A stretch of 62,543 nucleotides of DNA from an uncultured Clostridia bacterium (GTDB lineage: Bacteria; Bacillota; Clostridia; Christensenellales; CAG-917), in assembly GCA_949283145.1 (NCBI GenBank), contig CASDRL010000022.1:1-62543 (forward strand). Direction: 5' to 3'. The position numbers were made by a program, and so were the translations under genes. The notes under the pieces were generated by a model. It was given only the letters and a program-made list of their open reading frames with translations, was not told the DNA's origin and made no database searches. This document shows positions 50,603-60,268 of the stretch, in pieces (within the stretch, counting starts at the first letter, position 1; the number at the start of each line of letters is the position of its first letter).

Positions 50603-51451
50603 TTACTCTTCTTCCTTCTCTTTCTCGGCGATCGCTTTCTCGAGAGCTTCTTCGGGAGTGAGCGCCACTTCCTCTGCCGCGGTCTCCGCCGTGACAACGG
50701 GCTCTTCCGCCTTTTCCTCGACGACGGGAGCCTCTGCGGGAGCGGCTTCCTTAGCGCCGCCGAAAGACTCGCCCTGGCGTCCTTCGATCACCGCGTCGGC
50801 GATGATGGAGGCAAAGAGCTGAATGGCGCGGATGGCGTCGTCGTTGCCGGGAATGACGTAATCGACGAGGTCGGGATCGCAGTTGGTGTCAACGACCGCG
50901 ACGATGGGGATGTTGAGCTTGCGCGCTTCTCTCACCGCGTTCTCCTCACGCTTGAGGTCCACGACGAAGAGGCATCCGGGAAGGGAGCGCATATTCTTGA
51001 TGCCGCCCAGGTTCTGTTCCAGCTTGTCGCGCTCGGCTTTGAGCTTGAGCACTTCCTTTTTGGGGAGCAGCTCGAACTCGCCGATGAGCTCCATCTGGTT
51101 GATCTTGTTGAGCCTGTCGATGCGGGTGCGGATGGTCTTGAAGTTGGTGAGCGTGCCGCCCAGCCATCTCTGATTGATGTAGTACATGTCGCAGCGCTCG
51201 GCTTCGCTCTTGATCGCGTCCTGAGCCTGCTTCTTGGTGCCGACGAAGAGCACGGACTTTCCTTCCGCGGAGATGTTCTTCACGAACTGGTACGCCGCTT
51301 CCACATGATCGACGGAGATCTGAAGGTCGATGATGTGAATGTCGTTCCTCGTCGCGTAGATGTACTTGGACATCTTGGGGTTCCAGCGCTTGGTCTGATG
51401 ACCGAAGTGCACGCCTGCTTCCAGCAGGGCTTTCATTGTTGTGACTGCCAT
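50603..51451 (-). CDS. rpsB: 30S ribosomal protein S2
   Basis: [44 protein letters not shown]. Confidence 0.98.
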   Translation of the reverse strand: MAVTTMKALLEAGVHFGHQTKRWNPKMSKYIYATRNDIHIIDLQISVDHVEAAYQFVKNISAEGKSVLFVGTKKQAQDAIKSEAERCDMYYINQRWLGGTLTNFKTIRTRIDRLNKINQMELIGEFELLPKKEVLKLKAERDKLEQNLGGIKNMRSLPGCLFVVDLKREENAVREARKLNIPIVAVVDTNCDPDLVDYVIPGNDDAIRAIQLFASIIADAVIEGRQGESFGGAKEAAPAEAPVVEEKAEEPVVTAETAAEEVALTPEEALEKAIAEKEKEEE

Positions 51452-51454
51452 ATC

Positions 51455-51545
51455 AGTCCTCCTTTTTTGTTTTTACCTCCCCCGACATCGTCGCTGCGGC
51501 TACCTTGCGGAACGACCGCCGCTCCGCCGGGGTGTGCGGTGCATT
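51455..51545 (-). promoter_or_regulatory. Structured rpsB 5' leader (candidate S2 autoregulatory element)
   Basis: GC-rich leader CACACCCCGG..CGGGGGAGG with an internal GCGG..CCGC stem, between the promoter and the rpsB RBS. Confidence 0.55.
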
Positions 51546-51549
51546 TGCG

Positions 51550-51578
51550 ATTATATTATATAAAAAAAATTTTTGCAA
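51550..51578 (-). promoter_or_regulatory. sigmaA promoter of rpsB-tsf
   Basis: TTGCAA-17 nt-TATAAT on the minus strand. Confidence 0.75.
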
Positions 51579-51662
51579 GAAAAAAGCAACAAAATTTCCG
51601 CGCATTTTTGCGGATATCATACGGCGCCCGGCGCCTTTTGCCGCACCGGACGCCGCACAGGG

Positions 51663-51977
51663 TCAGTTTTCTTCCGCGTCGTCGAGAGCTTCCATTTCCT
51701 TCATGAACTCGTCGAACACCTTTTGCAGAAGATCTTCGTCCTCGATGGCAACGAAAATGTCGCCGTCGTCGCCCTCTTGCACCTCGTAGATGAGAACTTC
51801 GTCCTCCTCGATGTCGGGGAGTTTTTCCACGGGTTTGAGCACGACGAACCACTTGTCGTCGACATCCAGCGTCGCGAGATGATAAAAGTCCTCGTCGACG
51901 TCGCGTTCCTCGTTGTAGAGGGTTATGATGTCGTCGCCTTCGTCCATATTGTTCTGGTCTTCAAAAAAGTCTGCCAT
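51663..51977 (-). CDS. DUF1292 family acidic protein
   Basis: IITLYNEE..F..LATL..FVVL.P..IEDE..KVFDEF; follows ruvX. Confidence 0.8.
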   Translation of the reverse strand: MADFFEDQNNMDEGDDIITLYNEERDVDEDFYHLATLDVDDKWFVVLKPVEKLPDIEEDEVLIYEVQEGDDGDIFVAIEDEDLLQKVFDEFMKEMEALDDAEEN

Positions 51978-52021
51978 GATTGCTCCTTTCGGGCATTGCG
52001 CCCTGTGGTTGTGATTAGATT

Positions 52022-52453
52022 TTAACCTCTTCCGCCCTTTCCGTCAAGGTAGGATTGCAAAATGATGGTCGCCGCCACTTTGTCGATGACTTTTTTCCTC
52101 TTGTCCCGCCTTACGTCCGCGCCGATGAGCATGCGCTCGGCAGATACGGTGGTCAGCCGCTCGTCCACATAGATCACGGCAAGCCCGCTCCTTTCCGCCA
52201 AAGCATCACCAAATGCGCGGGTGATCTCGGCGCGCGGTCCTTCCGTCCCGTCCATATTGCGCGGAAGTCCGACGACGAAGGCGTCCGCGTCCTCGCGCTT
52301 TGCGTATTCCGTGAAATATTCTATATCGGCGGCGATGTCGTCCTTTTTGCGGATGTATGTCTCCCGCGGATTGGCGCAGATGCCCATAAGATCGCTCACC
52401 GCCACTCCTATCCTGACGTCGCCGATGTCCAGCCCTATCTTCCGTTTCGGCAT
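52022..52453 (-). CDS. ruvX: YqgF/RuvX pre-16S rRNA nuclease
   Basis: GLDIGDVRIGVAVSD, VGLPRNMDG, DERLTT, DKVAA.IILQ.YLD. Confidence 0.95.
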   Translation of the reverse strand: MPKRKIGLDIGDVRIGVAVSDLMGICANPRETYIRKKDDIAADIEYFTEYAKREDADAFVVGLPRNMDGTEGPRAEITRAFGDALAERSGLAVIYVDERLTTVSAERMLIGADVRRDKRKKVIDKVAATIILQSYLDGKGGRG

Positions 52454-52461
52454 ATATCCTC

Positions 52462-54192
52462 CTATTTCAAAAATCCGTTCTTCCGCATTTGCGGCGCTGT
52501 TTTCGTCTCCCGCACCGCTCGTCTTTCCCCTATGCTGTCAAAAAGAGGCACGCCCTTTTCGTACAAAATGTACAAACCTGCGGCGGCAACTGCGGCAGAG
52601 ACCGCTATGATGAGACACCAGTAAAGCGCGAGCACTCCGCTTCTGCCCATCGCGTCTTCCAGCCCCGCCATGAATACGCCCGCAACGACAAACGCAACAG
52701 CGGGGATGATGCAAAGCATCATCGGGATGAGCGCCGCGGCTCCGCCGCCCGCACCCGCTCTCATATCCGACTGCGTCTTCCAGTGCACGTTGCCCTTCTT
52801 TATGTCGAAATAGATGTGCAGCGCGCTCGTCCCCGTGCAGAACAGCACCGAAACGATCACGATGGCGAAAGCGGAGCCGATGTCGATGCGGTAAAGCGCC
52901 GCGGCAAGCACGAATATCACCGCAAGAGACGCGCCCGCGGTCAGCAGCGAGAACGCCAGTTTTGCACTGACGGACGTCTTGGGCGGCACGGGCAGGAATT
53001 TGGAGATGAAAAAGGACTCTCCTTCCCTCGAATATGCGGTCATCGCCGCCATATTGGTGCCGCAGAGGAAAATGACGGGATAGATGAGCACGATGCCGCG
53101 CATCATCATCTCGGAAGCGAATTCGCTCATCGTCCTGTCGCCGTCTCCCCTGATGAAGAAATACATCACAGCCATAACTATCGGCGCCAGCACCACGTTG
53201 GAGAACATGCCCATTGCGGCGGACGGGTCGCGCATCACGGAAAGAAAATCTTTTTTGATCAGCGCGGTGAAAATGTTGTTTTGCTTGCCCGCGCCCTTTG
53301 CAGAGCTCTCTTCCGCGGGAGACTCGACGCGTCCCGACGTGATCCTGCGATAAAACAGCATCGCGAAAAGTACTGTCGCGGCGCCTATCGCCGCCCAGAT
53401 CGCCGCGCCGATGCCGAAGTTGACCGCGGCATCTATCCCGAGACACATCGAGATGAGTACGGAGTTCGGGTACATCACTTCGGAGAGCAGCCTAAGTCCT
53501 TCGAGGGCGCTCTCCGAGACGATCGTGCCGTTTTGTCCGAATCCTTCCGTGTTCACGAAAAACACGAGCACCATATACGCTGCCATCAGGATGACGTAAA
53601 ACAGCAATGAAAGCACGGTCTTGACCACCGCCCTGCCTTTCAGGTGCGAGCCGATCCAGATCACGGGCATGGAAAAAAGCACAATTATGAAGATGGGGAG
53701 CATGGGCGCCGCCAGAACGATGACCGCGATGAGCGGGAAAAACCCGTAGAACATCGGGTTGCCGAATGCCGAGTACGTCACCGACACCGTGAGCACGGAC
53801 GGGATGAGCAACACCGCGGCGATCTTGAGCGCGGACACGTAAACTATGAGCAGTTTCGCGAAAAAGACGGAGACCGGGCGCAGCGGCAGTGCGGAGAGAA
53901 AAGCCGCGTCTTCCGCCGAATAGAGAGTGCCCAGCACCGTGGGAAGTGTCATGAACAGGATGAAAAGCTGCACCGCCGACAGTATGGCGTTGAGCAGCGT
54001 CATCGCGGAATAGCGGGTCGTAAGTTCCGCGGATACGAACCCGAGCATGACGCAGATGACCGCCACCATTGGCAGAAGCGAGAGCGTCATCACCGTCTGG
54101 CTCGTAAGTTTCCGTTTGCCGCCGTTGCTCTCTTTCGACACGGCGTAACGGTTTTTATAGAGCACGCGGAAAATCAACAGAAAATCCTTCAT
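52462..54192 (-). CDS. ABC-2 type exporter permease (many TM helices)
   Basis: Two hydrophobic halves; L.ALPL and SREG..F..K.LP motifs; coupled to the ABC ATPase. Confidence 0.85.
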   Translation of the reverse strand: MKDFLLIFRVLYKNRYAVSKESNGGKRKLTSQTVMTLSLLPMVAVICVMLGFVSAELTTRYSAMTLLNAILSAVQLFILFMTLPTVLGTLYSAEDAAFLSALPLRPVSVFFAKLLIVYVSALKIAAVLLIPSVLTVSVTYSAFGNPMFYGFFPLIAVIVLAAPMLPIFIIVLFSMPVIWIGSHLKGRAVVKTVLSLLFYVILMAAYMVLVFFVNTEGFGQNGTIVSESALEGLRLLSEVMYPNSVLISMCLGIDAAVNFGIGAAIWAAIGAATVLFAMLFYRRITSGRVESPAEESSAKGAGKQNNIFTALIKKDFLSVMRDPSAAMGMFSNVVLAPIVMAVMYFFIRGDGDRTMSEFASEMMMRGIVLIYPVIFLCGTNMAAMTAYSREGESFFISKFLPVPPKTSVSAKLAFSLLTAGASLAVIFVLAAALYRIDIGSAFAIVIVSVLFCTGTSALHIYFDIKKGNVHWKTQSDMRAGAGGGAAALIPMMLCIIPAVAFVVAGVFMAGLEDAMGRSGVLALYWCLIIAVSAAVAAAGLYILYEKGVPLFDSIGERRAVRETKTAPQMRKNGFLK

Positions 54193-54962
54193 TCCGCGCC
54201 GTTGTCCTCCGCATTTGTCTCGCCCGATGGGAGCGCTTCCGCGCTGTCCGTAAGTTTGAGGAAAAGTTCTTCCAGCGATTCGTTGAGTCCGGTGGTTTTG
54301 AGCTGGGCGATCGTACAGTCGGCAAGCAGCTTCCCACCGTCAATTATGCCAACGCGGTCGCACACCTTTTCCACAACATCCAGCACATGGGAGCTGAAAA
54401 AGACGCAATTTCCTCTGTCGGCATGTTCCCGCATAAGTTTTTTGAGATTGTACGAGGACTTGGGGTCAAGGCCGGTCATGGGTTCGTCCAGGATCCACAC
54501 CTTCGGCTCGTGGATGAGTGCGCCGATGATATTCAGCTTCTGCTTCATTCCGTGCGAATAGGATTTGATCTGCTTATTCACGGCGTCTTCGAGCGAAAAG
54601 AGGGCGAGATACTCTTCCATCCGCGCGCTGCGCTCCGCATAAGGAACGCCGAACACGTCGCAGACGAAATTGAGAAATTCCCTCCCGGTGAGCCCTTCAT
54701 AGAGGATATGGTCGTCGGAAACGTAGCCGATGAGCCTCTTTGCCGCAAGCGGATCGTCCTTCAGATCGACTCCGCAGATGGTGACCGAGCCGCTCTCGAA
54801 ACCGACGATGCCCGTGATGCATTTGATGGTGGTGGATTTTCCCGCCCCGTTCGGTCCGATGAAACCGTAGATCTCCCCCTCGCCGATGTTGAGGGAGAGC
54901 TCTTCGACGGAGGGACGCAGGTTCCCCGTATAAGTCTTCGTGAGTCTGTTTACATTCAGCAT
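54189..54962 (-). CDS. ABC transporter ATP-binding protein (EcsA/CcmA-like)
   Basis: GPNGAGKST, YSHGMKQ, ILDEPMTGLDP, SSH. Confidence 0.93.
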   Translation of the reverse strand: MLNVNRLTKTYTGNLRPSVEELSLNIGEGEIYGFIGPNGAGKSTTIKCITGIVGFESGSVTICGVDLKDDPLAAKRLIGYVSDDHILYEGLTGREFLNFVCDVFGVPYAERSARMEEYLALFSLEDAVNKQIKSYSHGMKQKLNIIGALIHEPKVWILDEPMTGLDPKSSYNLKKLMREHADRGNCVFFSSHVLDVVEKVCDRVGIIDGGKLLADCTIAQLKTTGLNESLEELFLKLTDSAEALPSGETNAEDNGAE

Positions 54963-55117
54963 AGTGTTCACAAACGGCGACACAGTGCAAACAAAAGCTG
55001 CGCTGCGCCTGCATTTCAAATCATATCAGAGAAATCGATGGCTGTAAACAAAATACGATGCGTTAATACCCGCCGTTCGGGCGCGTTTTTAGTTGCGGGA
55101 TCGCTCGTTCTCACGGG

Positions 55118-56512
55118 TCAGAACGATTTGTCAACGCCGGTGTCCGCGCCTGCAACGATATGCAACGGAATGTCGCCGAGCGTCACGGCGGGCACGCCCG
55201 ACATCACTGTCCCGTTCACGGTGAGAGGGGGCGCCCCGCGCACTATCTCGATCTCGTGCACCGTGCCCGAGTGCTCGATCGCACAGCGCACGCTCACTAT
55301 CCCCTCGGGAAGAGCGCGGCAGACGGAAAGGGAATCGCCGTCCACTCTCACGCCGAAATCCGCGAGAACATTTCTGGTTTTCGGCATAAAACTACTCTTG
55401 ATTTTTGCCTTTTTGATAATACTTTTCTTCTTCCCGCCAAAGAAAAGCTGCATCATTTCGGGGGATGAAAGCGCTCTGGCGAGCAATGTAAGGTCTCCTT
55501 TTGCCGTTGTCGAGACGACACTTCCTTTCCCTGCCGTGAAACGCAGCGTGCGGAGAGGCGGGAGCATGCCGTAGCCGCCGTAATCGCGCAGGCGCAGCGC
55601 GTATGCGTATTCGTCAAGATTTTCCGCGCCGCTCAGTTCACCCAGTTTTTTCATGAACGCCGCCCGCGTGTCGGGAGCAGCCGAAACATAGGCGTCAAAC
55701 TCCCGGAGAACGGACACGGGGGCGTAATAAGAGGAAAAATCGAAGATCTCTATGTTGTCGATGGCGTCGATGACATTACCAAGATAAAAGGCGGTCTCGT
55801 CTGCGAGCGCCAGATAGCCGTCGCGGAATTTCGTGATGTCGTAGCCCAGTTCTTCCGCACAAAAGCGGGAGAAGATCACTCCCCGCATGGCTTTGTATGT
55901 CTTGAAGAGCGTCGCAAGGCGCGGATGCTTTGCCGCGTGCCCGGCGGCTCTCATAACTTTTTCCGTCTTTGTGATGCGGGCGCAGAGAAAAGCCAGTTTT
56001 TCGAACAGTACGAACCGGAACGCCTTCTCCATCTGCTCTATCTCGGAGAATGTGAGCGTATGCACGGCGTTGAAAGCGCCGATGGCCGTCTCCGCTCTGT
56101 CCGCGCAGAAGATGTAGCGCGAATTTTCCAGCACCAGCCGCGCCAGAGTGACGGCGCGCGCCTCGCCCTTTGCGTACGGAAGGTCGCCGAGTGCGGAAAA
56201 ATCCTCTTTCGCAAGTTTTTCAAGATCCTCTTTTCTTTCGCGCAATATGCCCCGCAGCCGTTCGAGAGCTCCGTCGTCGGCAGGACGGACGCAATGTGAA
56301 AGTGCGCGCATCACCGCCCTTTTCATCGCCGCCGTATCAGGCTCTTTCCCTCCGTCCGAAGGCATGCCGAGGTTTTCGGCACATTCACGGGCGCGAGCTG
56401 CAAGCCCCTCCTCTTTGAGAGCCGCGGTGAACCGCTCGCGCATTGCGGGGCGCGTCAGCAAATAGATGATGACAAAAAGCGCGGTCACACCTCCCGCGAT
56501 CGCATATTCCAT
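55118..56512 (-). CDS. Membrane-anchored hypothetical protein; possible deleted derivative of cyclic beta-1,2-glucan synthase (Cgs/NdvB)
   Basis: N-terminal TM. LP..ARAVTLAR..LTFSEI..FRFVLFEKL resembles the Cgs N-terminal region; the C-terminal FGVRVDGDSLSV..LP..HEIEI..VNG resembles the GH94 terminal beta domain. Confidence 0.5.
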   Translation of the reverse strand: MEYAIAGGVTALFVIIYLLTRPAMRERFTAALKEEGLAARARECAENLGMPSDGGKEPDTAAMKRAVMRALSHCVRPADDGALERLRGILRERKEDLEKLAKEDFSALGDLPYAKGEARAVTLARLVLENSRYIFCADRAETAIGAFNAVHTLTFSEIEQMEKAFRFVLFEKLAFLCARITKTEKVMRAAGHAAKHPRLATLFKTYKAMRGVIFSRFCAEELGYDITKFRDGYLALADETAFYLGNVIDAIDNIEIFDFSSYYAPVSVLREFDAYVSAAPDTRAAFMKKLGELSGAENLDEYAYALRLRDYGGYGMLPPLRTLRFTAGKGSVVSTTAKGDLTLLARALSSPEMMQLFFGGKKKSIIKKAKIKSSFMPKTRNVLADFGVRVDGDSLSVCRALPEGIVSVRCAIEHSGTVHEIEIVRGAPPLTVNGTVMSGVPAVTLGDIPLHIVAGADTGVDKSF

Positions 56513-56626
56513 ACCCCGATCATTCCCGTTTTGCCGCGATTTATTCCCGTGCACGACGTTGAACTACGTATGTTTTCCTGCTTTTATTGTAGTTTAGGCG
56601 TATGTCGGGCTATTTCGGGAAGACAG

Positions 56627-56651
56627 AAAAAACGCGCCTCTTGCGGCGCGT
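56627..56651 (-). terminator. rnpB terminator
   Basis: ACGCGCC-gcaaga-GGCGCGT followed by a T run on the minus strand. Confidence 0.8.
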
Positions 56652-56661
56652 CTTTCCGTGT

Positions 56662-56976
56662 GCGAGCATAGTCTGTAAGCCGAGTTCTGTCTTGGACGAC
56701 GATCTATCTCGGCCGCATGTTGCCATACGGCTCTAGCGAACGGGAGCTTGCGGGCAGCATTTCACGCTCCTTTCTTGCATCGGGTGGGGTTTACACCGCG
56801 CCTCGTCGCCGATTTGCGGGTGAGCTCTTACCTCGCCTTTCCATCCTTACCCTTGCGGGCGGTTTTTTTCTGTTGCACTTTCCTTGAAGTCGCCTTCACA
56901 GGCAGTTGACCTGCACCCTTGCCCTGTGATGCTCGGACTTTCCTCACGTTTCCGTGCCGTCGCCCGGCTATCTCGC
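56662..56976 (-). ncRNA. rnpB: RNase P RNA, type A (compact, ~315 nt)
   Basis: GAGGAAAGTCCGAGC, GAAAGTGCAACAGA, GGTAAGAGC, GTAAACCCCACCCG, ACAGAACTCGGCTTA; termini GCGAG/CTCGC pair. Confidence 0.96.
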
Positions 56977-57069
56977 GCAATAATTTAAGCACAGATCGAG
57001 CGGATTAGCAAGCATTTTCGCATTATTCCGGTCGGCACACATGTCCGACGCGTAACGGCTTGACTGTAT

Positions 57070-58779
57070 TTACGCTCTCTTGGCGGAATCTTCGACCGAA
57101 CGCTTGTATTCCTCCGCCCACTTTTTCATCTCGCGGGCGTGCGGCACCGCGTGCGCGGAGTAATCGTTGCCGCCGATGAGACGCGCAACTTCATCCGTGT
57201 CGTCATTGAGAAGCACGAGGCGGGTGAGCGTCTTGCCGCCTTCCACTCTCTTTTCTATCAGGAAATGGCTGTCCGCCATTGCCGCAAGCGAAGGCATATG
57301 CGTGATGGCGATGACTTGCCGCGAACGCGAGATGTTGCACATTTTTTCCGCAACGACTGCGGAAATATGCCCGGAGATGCCGGTGTCTATCTCGTCGAAC
57401 ACCATGGTGCCGATGCCGTCTATGCCTGCGACTATATTTTTGAGCGCGAGCATGAAGCGGGACATTTCACCGCCGGAAATGATCTTTGCGAGCGGTTTGA
57501 GCGGTTCGCCGACATTGGGCGAGATGAGGAATTCCACCCTGTCGCCGCCGCTTGCCCCGACATTGTCCGCCGAGTAGTCGCTCTCGATGTTCACTTTGAA
57601 TGTGGTGCCGCCCATCCCGAGATCGCCGAGTTCTTTCGTTATGGCGCCCTCGAACTCCTGTGCCGCTTTTTTGCGCAATGCGCCGAGTTTTTCCGCGGCG
57701 GCGGTGAGCTCTTTCCCTTTTGCCAAGATCGCGCGTTCCAGCTCTTCGACTCTCTCGGACGCATTTGCGAGAGTGTCCGCTTCCGCTACGGCTTTCTCGT
57801 AGAATTCCGTCATTGCGGCATAACTGCCGCCGTACTTGCGCTGCAGATTGCGCACCGTTTCCAGCCGCTCTTCCACGGCATCGGCGCTTTTGGCGTCGAA
57901 ATCGAATTCGCGCATCATATCGCCGATCGTCTCGCCGATGTCTTCTATCTCCGTCTTGGCGGCGTCCAGCCTGTCGCAAAGAGGTTCTATGCCTCCGTCG
58001 AATGAGGAGATGGTGTGGAGGCTCGCCGCCGCGGCTTTCAGATTGCCGCCGACGGACGCTCCGTCATATCCTTCAAGTGCGCTCCTTGCGGAAGAGAGCG
58101 CGGAAAGGATCTTTTCCGTGTTCCGGATGCGTTTGCGCTTTTCGAGGAGCTCTTCCTCTTCCCCTTCCTCGATGCCCGCACGCTCGATCTCTTCGATCTG
58201 AAATCTCAGCACATCCAGCCGTCTCGCCCTCTCGCTCTCGTCGCCGAAACGGGAAAATTCCGCTTTCAACGCGCGGTATTCTTCGTGGAGCTCTCCGACT
58301 TCATCACGTGCGGAAAGTATATCTTTGCCGCCTATGCCGTCCAGCATACCTTCGTGATTGGCGGGTTTGATGAGGGATTGGTGTTCGTGCTGTCCGTGGA
58401 TGTCCACCAAAAGTTCCGTGAGCCCTTTGAGCACGGAAAGCGTGGTCACTCTGCCGTTGATGCGGCACTCGTTTTTTCCGTCCGCGCTCATTTTGCGGCG
58501 GATGACAAGGACCTCTTCGGGCTCTATGCCCACATCTTCGAGATAAGCTTCGACTGCGGGCGTGAGATAATCCTCAAAGACCGCCTCGACCGCGGCGTGA
58601 TCGGTGCCGTAGCGTATGAGACTGCGGTCCGCGCGCTCGCCGAGGACGAACCCGAGGGAATCGATGATGAGAGATTTGCCCGCGCCTGTCTCACCGCTCA
58701 GGATATTTAGCTTGTCTCCGAGCTCGAATTCCACCCTGTCGATGAGCGCGATGTTCTGCACCGAAACCGATCTGATCAT
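57070..58779 (-). CDS. recN: DNA repair protein RecN
   Basis: GETGAGKS, IHGQHEHQ, ISGGEMSRFMLALK, FDEIDTGISG, ITH. Confidence 0.97.
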   Translation of the reverse strand: MIRSVSVQNIALIDRVEFELGDKLNILSGETGAGKSLIIDSLGFVLGERADRSLIRYGTDHAAVEAVFEDYLTPAVEAYLEDVGIEPEEVLVIRRKMSADGKNECRINGRVTTLSVLKGLTELLVDIHGQHEHQSLIKPANHEGMLDGIGGKDILSARDEVGELHEEYRALKAEFSRFGDESERARRLDVLRFQIEEIERAGIEEGEEEELLEKRKRIRNTEKILSALSSARSALEGYDGASVGGNLKAAAASLHTISSFDGGIEPLCDRLDAAKTEIEDIGETIGDMMREFDFDAKSADAVEERLETVRNLQRKYGGSYAAMTEFYEKAVAEADTLANASERVEELERAILAKGKELTAAAEKLGALRKKAAQEFEGAITKELGDLGMGGTTFKVNIESDYSADNVGASGGDRVEFLISPNVGEPLKPLAKIISGGEMSRFMLALKNIVAGIDGIGTMVFDEIDTGISGHISAVVAEKMCNISRSRQVIAITHMPSLAAMADSHFLIEKRVEGGKTLTRLVLLNDDTDEVARLIGGNDYSAHAVPHAREMKKWAEEYKRSVEDSAKRA

Positions 58780-59234
58780 GGCCGCAGGATCTCCTCCAAT
58801 TTAGCGGCGACTTCTTCGGCGTGGACTGCGGTGTCCACTGCGGCAAAGATGGTATTGTCGCCTGCGATGACGCCGAGGACTCCGTTGAGTTCCAGTCTGT
58901 CGATCGTCTCCGCGGCTGCGTTTGCGGAGCCCGTTTCCGTCTTGATGACAACGATGTTTTCGGCAACTTTGATGGAAACGACGGTGTTGCGGAACACGCT
59001 GAGAAAGCGCTCGGACCTGGCGTCTTTGGGCTGCTGCACCTGATAGCGGTATTTCTTGCCGTCCGGGGACAGCACCTTGACCAGCCCGAGGTCGCGGATG
59101 TCACGGGAGACCGTCGCCTGAGTGACGGAAAATCCGTCCTCAAAAAGGCGGGAAACAAGCTCTTCCTGTGTGTCTACGTCGTATCTGGAAATGATCTCTA
59201 CGATCCTTCTCTGACGTGCGTTCTTGCCTGTCAT
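58776..59234 (-). CDS. argR: Arginine repressor
   Basis: TQEELV..VTQATVSRDIRDL, KTETGSA, G.IAGDNTIF. Confidence 0.96.
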   Translation of the reverse strand: MTGKNARQRRIVEIISRYDVDTQEELVSRLFEDGFSVTQATVSRDIRDLGLVKVLSPDGKKYRYQVQQPKDARSERFLSVFRNTVVSIKVAENIVVIKTETGSANAAAETIDRLELNGVLGVIAGDNTIFAAVDTAVHAEEVAAKLEEILRP

Positions 59235-60046
59235 TGCGTCACCTCCGCGGACTGCGCCGAGCCCCATCTGTTCATTTTGTCAAGCAGTCTTGCGTAAAAA
59301 TCCTTTCCTCCCGCATCGACGAAAGGCGCGGTGAGCGGCGAACGCTTCACTTTGACCGACGCGCGCGAAGACAGCGTGCCCGAAGCCGTTCCGTCCACGA
59401 TGATGCCCGCGCCTTCGCCGCCTATGATGTCGAGCTCTATCGAGGCGTCTGCGCCCACAACGAGAGGACGGGAATGCAGGGTGTGCGGACAGACCGGGTT
59501 GACGACAAGCGCGCTGAGATCGGGAGCAAGCACGGGGCCGCCCGCGGAAAGCGAATAAGCCGTGGAGCCCGTGGGCGTCGCGACGATGACGCCGTCGCTG
59601 CGGTACGCGTCCGAAAACTGCCCGTTCACCCTGAGTTCTATGCTCACGGGACGGGTGGACGCGCTCTTCACCACGATATCGTTGAGTGCGAGATAACTCT
59701 TGCCGTCCGCAGTGCACTCGATGAGCATCCTGCGCGCCACGCTCTCGCATACGAGCGCGGCGGCAAGCGTTTTGACGTCCACTTGTGCGTCGAATTGCGT
59801 AAGGAAACCGAGATTGCCGATGTTGACGCCGACGAGAGGAACGTCCGCACGCGCGGCACGGACGGCGGCTTCCAGCATGGTGCCGTCTCCGCCGAAAGCG
59901 AGCAAGCGGTCGAACCCCGCGGGGATCTCGCGCCCCTGCGGGATCTCGGTCAGCAAGAAACCGCTCTCCGAAGAGAGATCGTGCAAAAGTTTGCTGCGGA
60001 CGGGATGTCCCGTCAAAGACGATTTGGTGTAAACTGCTATCCTCAT
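59231..60046 (-). CDS. ppnK: NAD kinase
   Basis: GGDGTML, GNLGFL, ALND, DG..ATPTGSTAYSLSAGGP. Confidence 0.95.
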   Translation of the reverse strand: MRIAVYTKSSLTGHPVRSKLLHDLSSESGFLLTEIPQGREIPAGFDRLLAFGGDGTMLEAAVRAARADVPLVGVNIGNLGFLTQFDAQVDVKTLAAALVCESVARRMLIECTADGKSYLALNDIVVKSASTRPVSIELRVNGQFSDAYRSDGVIVATPTGSTAYSLSAGGPVLAPDLSALVVNPVCPHTLHSRPLVVGADASIELDIIGGEGAGIIVDGTASGTLSSRASVKVKRSPLTAPFVDAGGKDFYARLLDKMNRWGSAQSAEVTQ

Positions 60047-60199
60047 AATCCAATATCCGATCGGATTATGATTATACATTGCCGAACGCATAAATTCAAG
60101 CGTTAAAGCATATTATCCTGATATTTTTGTATGAAAACGAATAATATAATTTTTTCGGACGTTTTTTATGCACGATTTTGAGACGAAGTGCATAAGCGT

Positions 60200-60213
60200 T
60201 GCATAATTATGAA
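60200..60213. promoter_or_regulatory. Candidate ARG box upstream of ppnK-argR-recN
   Basis: TGCATAATTATGAA matches TGMATWWWWATKCA at 13 of 14 positions, in an AT-rich spacer with further TGCAT half-sites. Confidence 0.45.
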
Positions 60214-60268
60214 TGCATATTTTACGGCAGAGATGTGCGGAGCCGCAAAACCGACGGCGGGAAAGCGG

